Positions 9,167 to 18,475 of a stretch of DNA of 64,000 nt are shown here, piece after piece. Each line of letters opens with the position of its first letter. Positions within the stretch are counted from its first letter, which is position 1. The DNA lies in sequence record NZ_CP085281.1; one strand, given 5' to 3'. The notes beneath the pieces were generated by a model. The model had not been told where the DNA came from. It saw nothing but the letters and a program-made list of their open reading frames with translations, and did not search any database. This stretch comes from a plasmid. The position numbers were made by a program, and so were the translations under genes.

Positions 9167-10471
9167 ATGGAGAACACGCCAGCGTTCGGAAAGGCCGTCC
9201 GCGAGCAGCGCGGCGACCGCACGCAAACGGAGATCGCCAACCTTGGGGGTCCATACCGCCAGCTTCAAGGACGCATCGAAAAGGGCGACCACATCGAGGT
9301 CCCCGATAAAGCCTTGCGTCAGTTCGACGTCGCTTTCGGATGGGCTCCGGGCACCGCCGCGACCATCCTGCGCGGTTCACAGAAAGGCCTTGTCGCAGCA
9401 CCGCCGCCGCGCATCGCAGTTGGAGCGCTGGGCTACGACGCCGAGACCGGCCAAGCGGTTGAGTTCCCAGCCCGTCTGCGAACAACGCTTGCACCCGGTG
9501 ACCTCGTAGACGCAATCTGCTCCTGGCCGGGGATCGTCGTCGCCGATACTCAGGTTTTCGACAGTCCCGACCGCTCTGCTCTAAGAGGATTGCCGGGGCG
9601 TCTCCCCGAGTGGGTTCTGAAAAGCGAAATAGGCCCTACAGGACAGCGTTTAGCGTCCCAGTGGGGAGCTGGAGCCGACGATCGCGTCGCGCTTACGGTC
9701 GGTGTCCAGTGCGCCGGCATCGACAGCGTTGCCATCGACCCGATCCCGGGAATGACCAACAGCGAGCAAGCCTCGCGGTTGATCGCTGCCGTCCGAGACA
9801 TTCGCCCGGACAGTACGAGCGTGGCCGGACGGGAGTTGGAAATCAGTCATACGCTCCTGCAACTGGCATGCCAGCGCCCTCATCCGGAGCGTCATAGGCG
9901 TGCCCTGCTGACCGTGGAACGCCCATTCTTGCGAACCGATGACGTTCTCTACGAGCCACTTTCCCCCTCGTGGAAGGAATTCCTCGACCAGGCGGAAACA
10001 ACGCTGCCGATGGAATACGCGGCGCCGTCTGTTGCTGCCCTGCTCTCCGGTCTAACAACAGCCCGGGATAACTCGATCGACATCATCCTCGACAAGTCGA
10101 CAACGCCGGCGAGAATAGCCAAACGCGAAGTCCCGACAGTCATTTTCCCGCAGGATCTTTCGGCCGGAACGCTCCTGCTTCATGACGCCGAGGTCAGTCC
10201 CGAGCTTCCCGCTGTCGTCACATGGGCCACTGACCATCCCGTGTTGGTGATCGCGCAAAAGCCAGCCCCCACATTCTCGAAACGGCTTTCTCAACCGAAC
10301 GTCGTTGAATTCCTACTCCCGTACAGCTACGGGCTTGCCGACACACGCCTGGCGCCTGGCTGGGCCCTGCTTTCCCGCGCTACCGACATCAAGAACCCTC
10401 TGTTGACGTTCAGCGACGGCGACGGCCGCCGCTCCGCCAACGTGGTCCTGGCCTACACAGAGGCCGCATAG
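9167..10471 (+). CDS. HTH (XRE-like) domain protein with a large C-terminal domain of unknown function
   Basis: 434 aa. The N-terminal FGKAVREQRGDRTQTEIANL is HTH-like. Confidence 0.55.
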   Translation: MENTPAFGKAVREQRGDRTQTEIANLGGPYRQLQGRIEKGDHIEVPDKALRQFDVAFGWAPGTAATILRGSQKGLVAAPPPRIAVGALGYDAETGQAVEFPARLRTTLAPGDLVDAICSWPGIVVADTQVFDSPDRSALRGLPGRLPEWVLKSEIGPTGQRLASQWGAGADDRVALTVGVQCAGIDSVAIDPIPGMTNSEQASRLIAAVRDIRPDSTSVAGRELEISHTLLQLACQRPHPERHRRALLTVERPFLRTDDVLYEPLSPSWKEFLDQAETTLPMEYAAPSVAALLSGLTTARDNSIDIILDKSTTPARIAKREVPTVIFPQDLSAGTLLLHDAEVSPELPAVVTWATDHPVLVIAQKPAPTFSKRLSQPNVVEFLLPYSYGLADTRLAPGWALLSRATDIKNPLLTFSDGDGRRSANVVLAYTEAA

Positions 10472-10531
10472 CGGCCCCTCACTCGCCTGAACGGGATGCC
10501 AGCGCAGCCGTAGCCGCGATGGCTTCGGTTC

Positions 10532-10720
10532 TCACCGTCGTTGACGCCGCACCACCTGGGTGTCCCAGATGCCTGTTCCGGGCACCCGCAGCGTTCGCCG
10601 TACGGTGCCGTCGGCGGAGCGGCTGAATCGTACGGGTCCAGCGCCGACGCTGACGGAGATCCCCCGCTGGGTGAGCGTGAAGCGGAAGGGGCCCAGTGTC
10701 GTGGTTTTGCGGAACTGCAT
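10532..10720 (-). CDS. DUF4236-like small protein
   Basis: MQFRKTTTLGPFRFTLTQRGISVSVGAGPVRFSRSADG matches the typical DUF4236 N-terminal pattern (MGFRFRKSIKLGPGVRLNLSKSGVS...). Confidence 0.5.
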   Translation of the reverse strand: MQFRKTTTLGPFRFTLTQRGISVSVGAGPVRFSRSADGTVRRTLRVPGTGIWDTQVVRRQRR

Positions 10721-10929
10721 GGCGGTGCTCCTCTGGTGTCGGTGTCATAGATGAAGTACCGGCCTGGTGCCGTCTTTCCGTCACCTACGCCGCAAACTGG
10801 TCCACCGGACTGCGCTCGCATTCGATGTGTGAGCATGTGGTCTGGCAGTTGCTGAGCCGGACACCATCTCGGGAAATTCGAGGCATCGCAGCGCGCTTTC
10901 TGGGCTGTCTCGGGTGGGAGACTGACCGG

Positions 10930-11610
10930 ATGAGCCACCTAGTGCACGCCGCCGGTTTGCCGGTCCTACCGCCGGCTCGGGACTTCATCCTCTCCCCTGG
11001 CTTCGCAGGTGCGACAGCGCTGCTCGCCGCGCTCATCATCATGGGCGCCGTGGTGTACGGATCACGCCGCACCGGTAAGCGGCACCGCGCCGAACAGGAT
11101 CAAAACGAGCGGCATCACGCAGAGCGGCGCGCCGATGAACAGCACGCGGCCGCGGTCGCGCGCTGCTGGGATCGATGGTGGCAGGTATTGCAGACCGCTG
11201 CGCTCGAACCGGCAGCCAGCGAGGGGGCCACCTTAGGACTCGGTCCAGAGGTGACGCTGCAGGTGTTGAAAGGTCTTCTGCGAGACGCCGAGCAGCTCGG
11301 CGACGACACCCTCACCCAAGCGATCACCGTCTACCAGGAGCAATTCCTTCTCGTGCTGGCCCAGCAGAGCGGTCCGCTATCGCGGCTTGCCACTGAATCG
11401 ACAGCATCTCCCGCCGGCGCACGCTCCACCGCCCCGCTCCCGAGGGAAGCGGCTGCGCTCCCTATTGATGGCGCTGCACCACAGCGCAATTCAAGCTCCC
11501 CGCCCACGCGGCCAACGGCTATACCTTCTGCTTCCGGTGAGCCGGACGGCGCCGAGACCGCTGCCCCGGCCGCAGTGGACCAGACGACGGGAAGACGGCG
11601 CCGGCGATGA
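10930..11610 (+). CDS. Membrane protein with a Pro/Ala-rich tail; start uncertain, and the ORF is open from 10696
   Basis: The transmembrane segment is FAGATALLAALIIMGAVVY. The stop overlaps the start of the next gene (11607). Confidence 0.4.
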   Translation: MSHLVHAAGLPVLPPARDFILSPGFAGATALLAALIIMGAVVYGSRRTGKRHRAEQDQNERHHAERRADEQHAAAVARCWDRWWQVLQTAALEPAASEGATLGLGPEVTLQVLKGLLRDAEQLGDDTLTQAITVYQEQFLLVLAQQSGPLSRLATESTASPAGARSTAPLPREAAALPIDGAAPQRNSSSPPTRPTAIPSASGEPDGAETAAPAAVDQTTGRRRRR

Positions 11611-13145
11611 CGACCACCCGGCAGCACATCGCCGACCTCGATCCCGCAACGTGGGCCAGGGTGACCCTGCGCGCGGCACAGGAGTCGGTCGAGGCGTCGA
11701 CGCGGGCGGGCTTGCGGCCACGGCCGGAGACGATCGCACTCGCCGCGATGACCGAGGCCGAACTCGTTGAACACCGCCAGCAAAACGGCCCGGCCAAGGC
11801 ACGCCTGTCCCCGGTGATGCAACTCGTCGAAGCCGATCAACGAAGCCGTGAGGCGCACAGTCGTGAGCGCGAAGCCCATCAGGATCGGCTGGACGCGCTA
11901 GCGGCCGCGGCGATGGCCCGAGCCGACGCCGACGAGTCCGCCCGCATCGCCACCCAGGCGCGGGAGCGTGTGCGCGAGGTGCAGGCCGAGGCTGACGAAA
12001 AGGACCGGCGACGAGCGCAGGAGCATGCGGCCGACCAGCAGGCGTTGCAGGCCATTCGTGCCGAGATCGAACAGATCCGTGCGGCCACTGCCGCCGAGGT
12101 CGAGCAGGTCCGCGCCGACGCCGCCGCCGAGGTCGCCGCGGCACATGAACGGGCCCGTGCGGCCGAGGAACGCGCAGAGCAGCGCGCCGCCGAACGCACC
12201 GCTGAGCGCGCCGCAGCCGAAGCGCTGGTGCAGGAGCTTCGCGATCAGCTCGAACGGCTCCGCGCCGACAGCGCCGCTGAGGTCACTGCCGCCCGGGAAC
12301 GTGCTGCAGCCGCCGACGCGCGGGCCGAGCAACGCTTGAACGAACGCGTGCAGGAGCGTGCCGCCGCTGAGGCAGCCGCAGGGCGGCTGCGCGCCGAAGT
12401 CGACCAGATCCGCGCCGATGCGGCCGCTGAGGTGGCAGCAGCCCGCGATGCGGCGAAGGGTGAAGTGGCCGCAGTGCGCGAACATGCCGCGGCTGAAATC
12501 CTGGAGGCGCAGCTCGGCGCCCAAGTCGAGGTCGACGCCGCCCAGGCTCAAATCACCGACGCCCAGCTCGCAGCGCAAGCTGAGATCGCAGAGGCTCGTC
12601 GCGCCGCGCAAGCCGACATCGATCGCGCCAACGCATACGCCGAAGACGTGGTGCGCCAAGCGCAGGAAGAAGTCGCACGGGTGACGTCCGCGGTCCGCGC
12701 GTCGGAGCCGCTGATGATTCCCATCGCCTCGGTGACGGTCCGCCCGCAGATCGGGTCGCTGGAGTCGGTGTTGGATGCCCTCTACCGGATCGATTATCTG
12801 TTGGAGAACTCGATGGCCACGTCGAGCCCGCCGCTCGACGTCGAGTACGTGCGTGGCCTCACCCGCACGGTTCAGGAGCGGGCCCAGGTTCTGTCGACGG
12901 AGTTGGCCGAGCTGCCATCGCGGTTCATCGAGCACTCCGACGTGGAGGCGTCCGCGTCCTACGCCAACGCCGCCGGCGCCGCCTATAGCGGTCTGCTGCA
13001 GCGCATCGAGGACGCCGCCTGGCAGCTCATGGGCCGCAACGAACATTCCGACGAGGCCGTGGTGGCCGCCGTCTCGACGATGGTCCGTGACCCGTGGGTG
13101 CACGGCCTTCGGGTCACGACGCAGGCACCCCCGGACGACGTTTAG
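11607..13145 (+). CDS. Ala/Glu/Arg-rich coiled-coil protein, Scy/FilP-like low complexity, with a globular C-terminal domain
   Basis: 512 aa. It carries reiterated AAEVAAAxERAxAAEERAEQRAAER-type heptads. The C-terminal roughly 150 aa are non-repetitive. The antisense ORF 11898..13103 is an artefact of the repeat composition. Confidence 0.6.
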   Translation: MTTTRQHIADLDPATWARVTLRAAQESVEASTRAGLRPRPETIALAAMTEAELVEHRQQNGPAKARLSPVMQLVEADQRSREAHSREREAHQDRLDALAAAAMARADADESARIATQARERVREVQAEADEKDRRRAQEHAADQQALQAIRAEIEQIRAATAAEVEQVRADAAAEVAAAHERARAAEERAEQRAAERTAERAAAEALVQELRDQLERLRADSAAEVTAARERAAAADARAEQRLNERVQERAAAEAAAGRLRAEVDQIRADAAAEVAAARDAAKGEVAAVREHAAAEILEAQLGAQVEVDAAQAQITDAQLAAQAEIAEARRAAQADIDRANAYAEDVVRQAQEEVARVTSAVRASEPLMIPIASVTVRPQIGSLESVLDALYRIDYLLENSMATSSPPLDVEYVRGLTRTVQERAQVLSTELAELPSRFIEHSDVEASASYANAAGAAYSGLLQRIEDAAWQLMGRNEHSDEAVVAAVSTMVRDPWVHGLRVTTQAPPDDV

Positions 13146-13246
13146 TGCGTTGCGAAACAGCGTATTTCATCACCAGCGCGCGTCGCTGAGTCCGGCGATG
13201 CCGCCCCTGGCACGTGAGTCTGGCGTCAGATTCGTTCCCCCGCCGA

Positions 13247-14905
13247 CTATTTGAGGTTTCCGTTAGTGTCGGCGGAGACCAACCCTGGGTTTATGCGCAG
13301 TTCGCCACGACCGTAAGCGAGGTCGAGGGAACGCAACCGCGAGACGGCGTTGCGGAACCCACCTCCGGCGGGGCTGTACCCGGTCGCGTCGGCGATCTCG
13401 GCAATGGGTACGTCGCGATCCGGATTGTCCGCCAGATGACTCAGGATCATGCGCGGCGCCTTGTCGAGCTGCTCGGACCACCAGGTGATGAGCCCCGGGC
13501 CAGGTGCCGGCAGCCGTTCCCAGCTGCCCAGCGCGGCCCGTCCGGCGTCGGTGATGCTGATGTCACCGCGGCCCTCGATGAGGCCGGCGCTGCGCAGCGC
13601 CGATAGCGCGTTGCGGAACCCGCCGCCTTTATGGCTGCGCCCCGTCAACAGGGCCACCTGGTTGGTGCTCCGCTGCCCGTGCTGAGCCAGGACGGTGAGG
13701 ATTTGACGTTCGGCCAACCGGAGCCGGCCGTCACCGGTTCCCTCGCCGGCAGGCGCGGGCGTCACCGGCTCCTGTGCCGGCGGTTCGAGCCGCGCCGGCG
13801 GTGGGGACGTGTCGTGTTCCCTGGTCACGGCGGGTGGCGCGGCAGCCAAGGCGCGTTCGACGTTCGCCGCGGCCGCGCAGATCTGTTCACCGATCGCATG
13901 CAGCTGCGCGAGGGCGTCGGTGAGGGCCGCGAGGTCCTCTGGCGAGAGCACTGGCACTTCGACGCGCTGCACCTGGGCGGCGCGCGCTTGTTCGGCGGCC
14001 AGTTGTCGTCGTAGGTCTTCAATCTCGGCCTGGACGTGGTCCCCAGCCCCCGCTGGGGACGCGGGCTGCGCATCCTGGCCGTCGCCGGCGTCGAGCTGGC
14101 GGCGTAACCCGTCGACATCGACCGGTGCCAAGGTGGTGGCAGTGTGCCGGCGTGCTCCCGCCTTCGGTGTGGCGCTGGAGTCGAAAGTACGGCGCCGGCG
14201 GACGGTGATGTGCTGGGTGACGCCGAGCCACTCCGGCGACCACACCCAGGCTTGCCCGACCGGTAGCGACGGCAGGGATTGCCGGACTTCGCGGGCGCGT
14301 CCTTCCTCGGCGTGCTGGGCAACCCAGTCGCTGATGGTGTTGACGTCTTGGGGTGCGGTCACGCCAAGGGCGATCAGCGAGTCGATCTGGCTGAGTACCG
14401 TCTTGTGCAGTGCAGCCGCTCTTTGGCTGCAGAGCGTCACTCCGAGCCCTTTGACGCGGCCACGGCGCACGATGTCCTCTGTGGCCCCGAGGAGGCGCTC
14501 AATGCCTGCTGGTGCGCGCTGCGGCGCGAACTCGTCGGCCTCCTCAACTTTTCCGACCGGCTGCGCCATCAGAACCTTCTGTGACCAGGGCGGTAGTCGT
14601 CCCGAACATGTACGTATCGTCTTGTGCGGACCCGAGGCTGGCGCTCCACCAAATCTAAAGTCGGGACGGGTGTGACGGGCAGAAGTCGCGACCCTCAGAG
14701 TCCGAGACCCAGCCGCGAGCAGCGGCTCATCACGGGCCGGGTCGGCTGCTACCAGATCCACGTCCGTGGTGGCATTGCAGTCCAGTGAATCGCACTCGAT
14801 GAGTAGCCACTCATCCGACACGGGGTGGTCAGAAAGTTCCTCGCAGGATTCGTCGGCGCGATCTCCAAGCAAGGCGCGCTTGCGTTTTACGATCTCGTCT
14901 TCCAC
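13247..14905 (-). CDS. Hypothetical protein with a central coiled-coil and two tandem C-terminal winged-helix-like repeats
   Basis: 552 aa. The repeats are TGRSHKGGGFRNALSALRSAGLIEGRGDISITDAG and TGYSPAGGGFRNAVSRLRSLDLAYGRGELRINPG. Confidence 0.55.
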   Translation of the reverse strand: MEDEIVKRKRALLGDRADESCEELSDHPVSDEWLLIECDSLDCNATTDVDLVAADPARDEPLLAAGSRTLRVATSARHTRPDFRFGGAPASGPHKTIRTCSGRLPPWSQKVLMAQPVGKVEEADEFAPQRAPAGIERLLGATEDIVRRGRVKGLGVTLCSQRAAALHKTVLSQIDSLIALGVTAPQDVNTISDWVAQHAEEGRAREVRQSLPSLPVGQAWVWSPEWLGVTQHITVRRRRTFDSSATPKAGARRHTATTLAPVDVDGLRRQLDAGDGQDAQPASPAGAGDHVQAEIEDLRRQLAAEQARAAQVQRVEVPVLSPEDLAALTDALAQLHAIGEQICAAAANVERALAAAPPAVTREHDTSPPPARLEPPAQEPVTPAPAGEGTGDGRLRLAERQILTVLAQHGQRSTNQVALLTGRSHKGGGFRNALSALRSAGLIEGRGDISITDAGRAALGSWERLPAPGPGLITWWSEQLDKAPRMILSHLADNPDRDVPIAEIADATGYSPAGGGFRNAVSRLRSLDLAYGRGELRINPGLVSADTNGNLK

Positions 14906-15095
14906 CTGCTCAGCGAGTTGAGCGAGTGTGGCTTCCGAAAGGTCGATAGGGGGCAGGTGCCGCAGGCCCTCAAATGCGCTCAGCCCTCTGTGGTCGGCGA
15001 CGACGAGTGCATGATCGGCTGCGTCGCAGTTTTATCGGTCATCTTCGAGATCTCCTTGTTCCGTAGGGTGCCCCAGGACCACCTGGCACGGGGCG

Positions 15096-15932
15096 TTAGG
15101 CATCGGCTATCAGCCTCATCCGGTATTCGTGGTCTGGATCGCATTCATTCTCGTGCCACCAGCAGTCGGTGATTCTCGTTGCGACTTCCGCGGTTTCGTA
15201 CCGGGATAGCGCCGCCCAGAGTCCATCACTCGTGTCGAGACTGCCGGAGCGGAACTGCAGCCCGTCACGCTGCCAGATCTGCATCGTCACCGCGCCCTCA
15301 CCGGCCGGTTGCAGGCGCGTTAGCCAGCGGCCACAGAGTGGCAGTTCGGTGCCTTGTACCGCGGTCACATCCGGGGTGCTGAGCGCGTCGGCCGCAGACG
15401 CGTCTATGCGGATCTTGAACAGCGAGCTCGCCGGAAGTTCGTTGACCTCGCAGGGGCATGCCCAGCACCCGTAGGGCTGGCCGTCGAAGTCGACGCCCCC
15501 GCCGTGGCTGAGCAGGTCATGTTCACAGCCTGGGTTGGGGCACAGCTCGTCGTCGTGGGCGTCGAGGCCATCCATATGCTTGGTCATGTCGTGCGGTAGG
15601 CCGCCCGTCGTGAATCCTGGACACAGGCATCCGTCGTCGGCGGCGGCGATGTGAGCTGCTCCCGGCCTTTCGCCGTCAAATGCTCCGGGCAATGTCAACG
15701 GCGCCGGCCCGGCGGCAATACAGCCCGCACCATCGACGGTGCTGAAGTGGGCATGTACGGAGTGCTTGCAGATCCAGCACCGCACCGTCTGCGCAGAGAC
15801 TCGGCCTTCTCCCATCTCAGAACACAGCCGGCCATAAAGCGCTCGTGCTTGTTCGGCGGTGCGAGGAACCTCATCCGTCATGGTTGTCCCCTTCGCTGCG
15901 CGCGCTCGACGCTCGACCGGCTGTGTCGGCAC
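15096..15932 (-). CDS. Cys/His-rich hypothetical protein, a possible metal-binding protein
   Basis: 278 aa with many Cys and His (CWICKHSVHAH, CLCPGF, CPNPGCEHD, CWACPCE). The start may instead be at MTDEVPRT (15884). Confidence 0.45.
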   Translation of the reverse strand: MPTQPVERRARAAKGTTMTDEVPRTAEQARALYGRLCSEMGEGRVSAQTVRCWICKHSVHAHFSTVDGAGCIAAGPAPLTLPGAFDGERPGAAHIAAADDGCLCPGFTTGGLPHDMTKHMDGLDAHDDELCPNPGCEHDLLSHGGGVDFDGQPYGCWACPCEVNELPASSLFKIRIDASAADALSTPDVTAVQGTELPLCGRWLTRLQPAGEGAVTMQIWQRDGLQFRSGSLDTSDGLWAALSRYETAEVATRITDCWWHENECDPDHEYRMRLIADA

Positions 15933-15994
15933 CGGCCGGACGGTCCAACATCAGGCCTATGCCCTCGACGTCGTCGTCAGCTCGGACGTCACGC

Positions 15995-16327
15995 TCAGAG
16001 TGCTGTTTGAGGGTCCGTTTGCCATGCCGGGCCTCTCGTCAGCTCCTTGCATGAGATGTGTCGTGGCAGCACAGGATGTCCGCGAAATGCGTTGTAATCG
16101 GCGCGATCGAAGGCATCCGTATAGCTGTGCCCCGATGCGTAGAAGACTCCCAGGAACACTGCGTCGTCCTCTGCATCAGGCGATTGGTGTTCGTACGCCT
16201 CGCACCTGACGGTGACCATGGGATCTGCCCCCGCCGACGCGGCAAGCGCCAATGCTGCCGATAGCGCAGAAATCCCCACCACGCATCGCTGCGACAACAC
16301 CCGTCGGCGCACATGCTGTGTAGCCAT
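15995..16327 (-). CDS. Small secreted protein with a signal peptide
   Basis: MATQHVRRRVLSQRCVVGISALSAALALAASAGADP reads as a signal peptide. Confidence 0.45.
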   Translation of the reverse strand: MATQHVRRRVLSQRCVVGISALSAALALAASAGADPMVTVRCEAYEHQSPDAEDDAVFLGVFYASGHSYTDAFDRADYNAFRGHPVLPRHISCKELTRGPAWQTDPQTAL

Positions 16328-16374
16328 CGTCAGACTCCGTTTCTCGTTACCCATTCCGGGACATCTCGATCGTG

Positions 16375-17148
16375 TCACGAGCTGGCTTCGACCGGCTTGT
16401 ACCTGATGTCGGCCAGAGGCAGGTCATCAGGATGCAGCAGCTCGCCGCGGTGCGCCTCGAACTCCCAACGCAGCGCGTCATAGGACTGCTGTCCGAAATG
16501 CCGCCCGATGTGTGGGCGCAAAGCCAACGCCACATACGGGTCCGTGGTGCCCATGCACTCCAGCCGGTCGAGTAACCAGCCGAATCCCCCAACACGCTGC
16601 AGGAGCTCGCAGGCCTTCTCAATCACGCCGTTGCGCCGGTCATCGAACAACTCCGGGCCATACTTGCCGAACAGGTTCGGGTCATACGTCTCGGAGCCGT
16701 ACAGACAGGCCACCTCGCGCAACCGCGAATACTCACGACGGGCTGGATCGATCAACCAATCCCGCAACAGACGATCCTCCACGGCGACATAGCGGCTCAT
16801 ATCTCCGTCCAATTCCCCGGTCTCGACCACTCGAATCGCACGGAACCCCGTCGGATTTCCCTGCCATACCTCCCATATATCGATATCGCACCACGGATAC
16901 TCATCAGGGTTGTCGTACAGTTCGAAAGGCTCCGGATCTGGCTCCCTCAACTTTTCGTTGGGCACCCAAACAACTCCCGGCGGGGCCGTCGCGATTTTCA
17001 GCAGTGCCTCCCGATACTTCTGCCCATCTGGGTCAATCACGAGCCACCTCGACGCATCCTGCCCCGACCCATCGACCACCAAATCCGAATGCGGACAACC
17101 CAATGCCTCCGCTACCGCTGCACCACCACCATGTTCCTGCATCGCCAT
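16375..17148 (-). CDS. Hypothetical protein
   Basis: The ORF is trimmed to start at MAMQEHGG. Its amino-acid composition is protein-like. Confidence 0.5.
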   Translation of the reverse strand: MAMQEHGGGAAVAEALGCPHSDLVVDGSGQDASRWLVIDPDGQKYREALLKIATAPPGVVWVPNEKLREPDPEPFELYDNPDEYPWCDIDIWEVWQGNPTGFRAIRVVETGELDGDMSRYVAVEDRLLRDWLIDPARREYSRLREVACLYGSETYDPNLFGKYGPELFDDRRNGVIEKACELLQRVGGFGWLLDRLECMGTTDPYVALALRPHIGRHFGQQSYDALRWEFEAHRGELLHPDDLPLADIRYKPVEASS

Positions 17149-17179
17149 ATCGTCCTTTGGTTTTCGTACGGTCTGTGGA

Positions 17180-17722
17180 CTACGCGGCCATGTGGCCGAT
17201 GATCGTGGTGTCGTCTGCGCCGAACTGCCGGGCGCGAGCCTGGGCGAGGCGGAGCTTGCGCTGGACTGCCGGCAAGTCGGCGGGTGAGAGCCCGGGGTCG
17301 GTGAGCCGGCCGCTGAACACCGCGACATCGCGAAGGGCATGGTTGACGCTGTCACCGTGGATGTACGGACCGCAGCTCGAAATGCCGTTCTCACCCTCGT
17401 AGATACGAGCCCAGTCCCGCAGCTCGTCGACGTCCAGGCCGGAAGCTGCGTGGACTACGGCATCAACTGCTGTCTGGACGTGGCGCAGCTCGTCGATCGC
17501 TGGCTGACGAGCCGCGACCGCCCACACCGGGGTCGGGGTGGCGACGAGTCGCTTCGCCTCACGGGTCGAGACCCCCAACGCATCTGCGATCGTCTTGTCA
17601 TCGGCACCGTCGATCCGCAGTTTCTTCGCCATCGCTGTCGCGAGAAACTCGCCGCGGCGCTCAGCCCAGCGGGCCGCGGCCCGGGCGGCGCGCATCGCCT
17701 CGGAGTAGCTGCTGTACTCCAA
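17180..17722 (-). CDS. Hypothetical protein
   Basis: 180-aa ORF with consistent codon bias. Confidence 0.45.
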   Translation of the reverse strand: MEYSSYSEAMRAARAAARWAERRGEFLATAMAKKLRIDGADDKTIADALGVSTREAKRLVATPTPVWAVAARQPAIDELRHVQTAVDAVVHAASGLDVDELRDWARIYEGENGISSCGPYIHGDSVNHALRDVAVFSGRLTDPGLSPADLPAVQRKLRLAQARARQFGADDTTIIGHMAA

Positions 17723-17744
17723 CTCGGTCTCCTCTGCCTCGTAC

Positions 17745-17990
17745 CTATTCCGGACTGTCTTGTTGCTGAGATCCTGGTTCGTCCTCTATGGACGAACCAG
17801 AGGTACCGCATTCGACGTGTGCAGCGATCGCAGCATTCAAGACGTCGATACGTGCCATGTGGTGCTTGAAGTCGGCACCGTTCTCCTGGAAGCGCATCGC
17901 TAGCTCCGAAGCAGCCGTCGCGTGATGAGCGATGAGAGTCAGGATCTCCGAGAACAGCAAGCCTGGTGCCTCGTCGTTCTGAGCAGTCAT
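17745..17990 (-). CDS. Small helical hypothetical protein
   Basis: The ORF is trimmed to start at MTAQNDEAP. Confidence 0.35.
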   Translation of the reverse strand: MTAQNDEAPGLLFSEILTLIAHHATAASELAMRFQENGADFKHHMARIDVLNAAIAAHVECGTSGSSIEDEPGSQQQDSPE

Positions 17991-18056
17991 GTCAAATCCT
18001 CTGCTGCGCTTTACGTTTTGTGAAATACGGCTCGCCAACTAGGGCGCGCAGTCGCT

Positions 18057-18437
18057 CTACTTCATCCGCCAGACGATGAGCATGACCCGGCGCCGGAGGA
18101 TGACATCAGCATCTCCTACCGATCGCGGATCGTGTTCGCCCATACCGAAGCGCATTGCCATCGTGGTCGTCTTCGAGTACGCGACTCTGACGAGCCGATA
18201 TGTGAGCCAGACGAATCCCACAAGGGCGCCTAGAGCCATCACGGCCAGAACACGGCCAGCGGCGTTATCTAGCTGCGCGGCAACGCCAACCAACCAGGTC
18301 GATAGGCCAATACCGGCCCACAACGTGACCATTCCGGCACATAGTGCAGCGACAACGCCCAGCGCCAGCGCCCACGCGGCAACGTAGGGCAGTCGCGGAC
18401 TCCGCAGCCACCAGTCACGAGAACCGGAATCGCTCAT
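18057..18437 (-). CDS. Small membrane protein with two transmembrane segments
   Basis: Hydrophobic segments are VAAWALALGVVAALCAGMVTLWAGIGL and VLAVMALGALVGFVWLTY. Confidence 0.45.
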   Translation of the reverse strand: MSDSGSRDWWLRSPRLPYVAAWALALGVVAALCAGMVTLWAGIGLSTWLVGVAAQLDNAAGRVLAVMALGALVGFVWLTYRLVRVAYSKTTTMAMRFGMGEHDPRSVGDADVILRRRVMLIVWRMK

Positions 18438-18475
18438 ACACCCTCACCCAAGCCTTTCGCTATGCCGATACTCAG

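Noticed and set aside
11898-13103. 401-aa minus-strand ORF
   Set aside because: It is antisense to the Ala/Glu-rich coiled-coil gene. Its product is Gly/Leu/Arg low-complexity, typical of mirror-strand ORFs in high-GC repeats.
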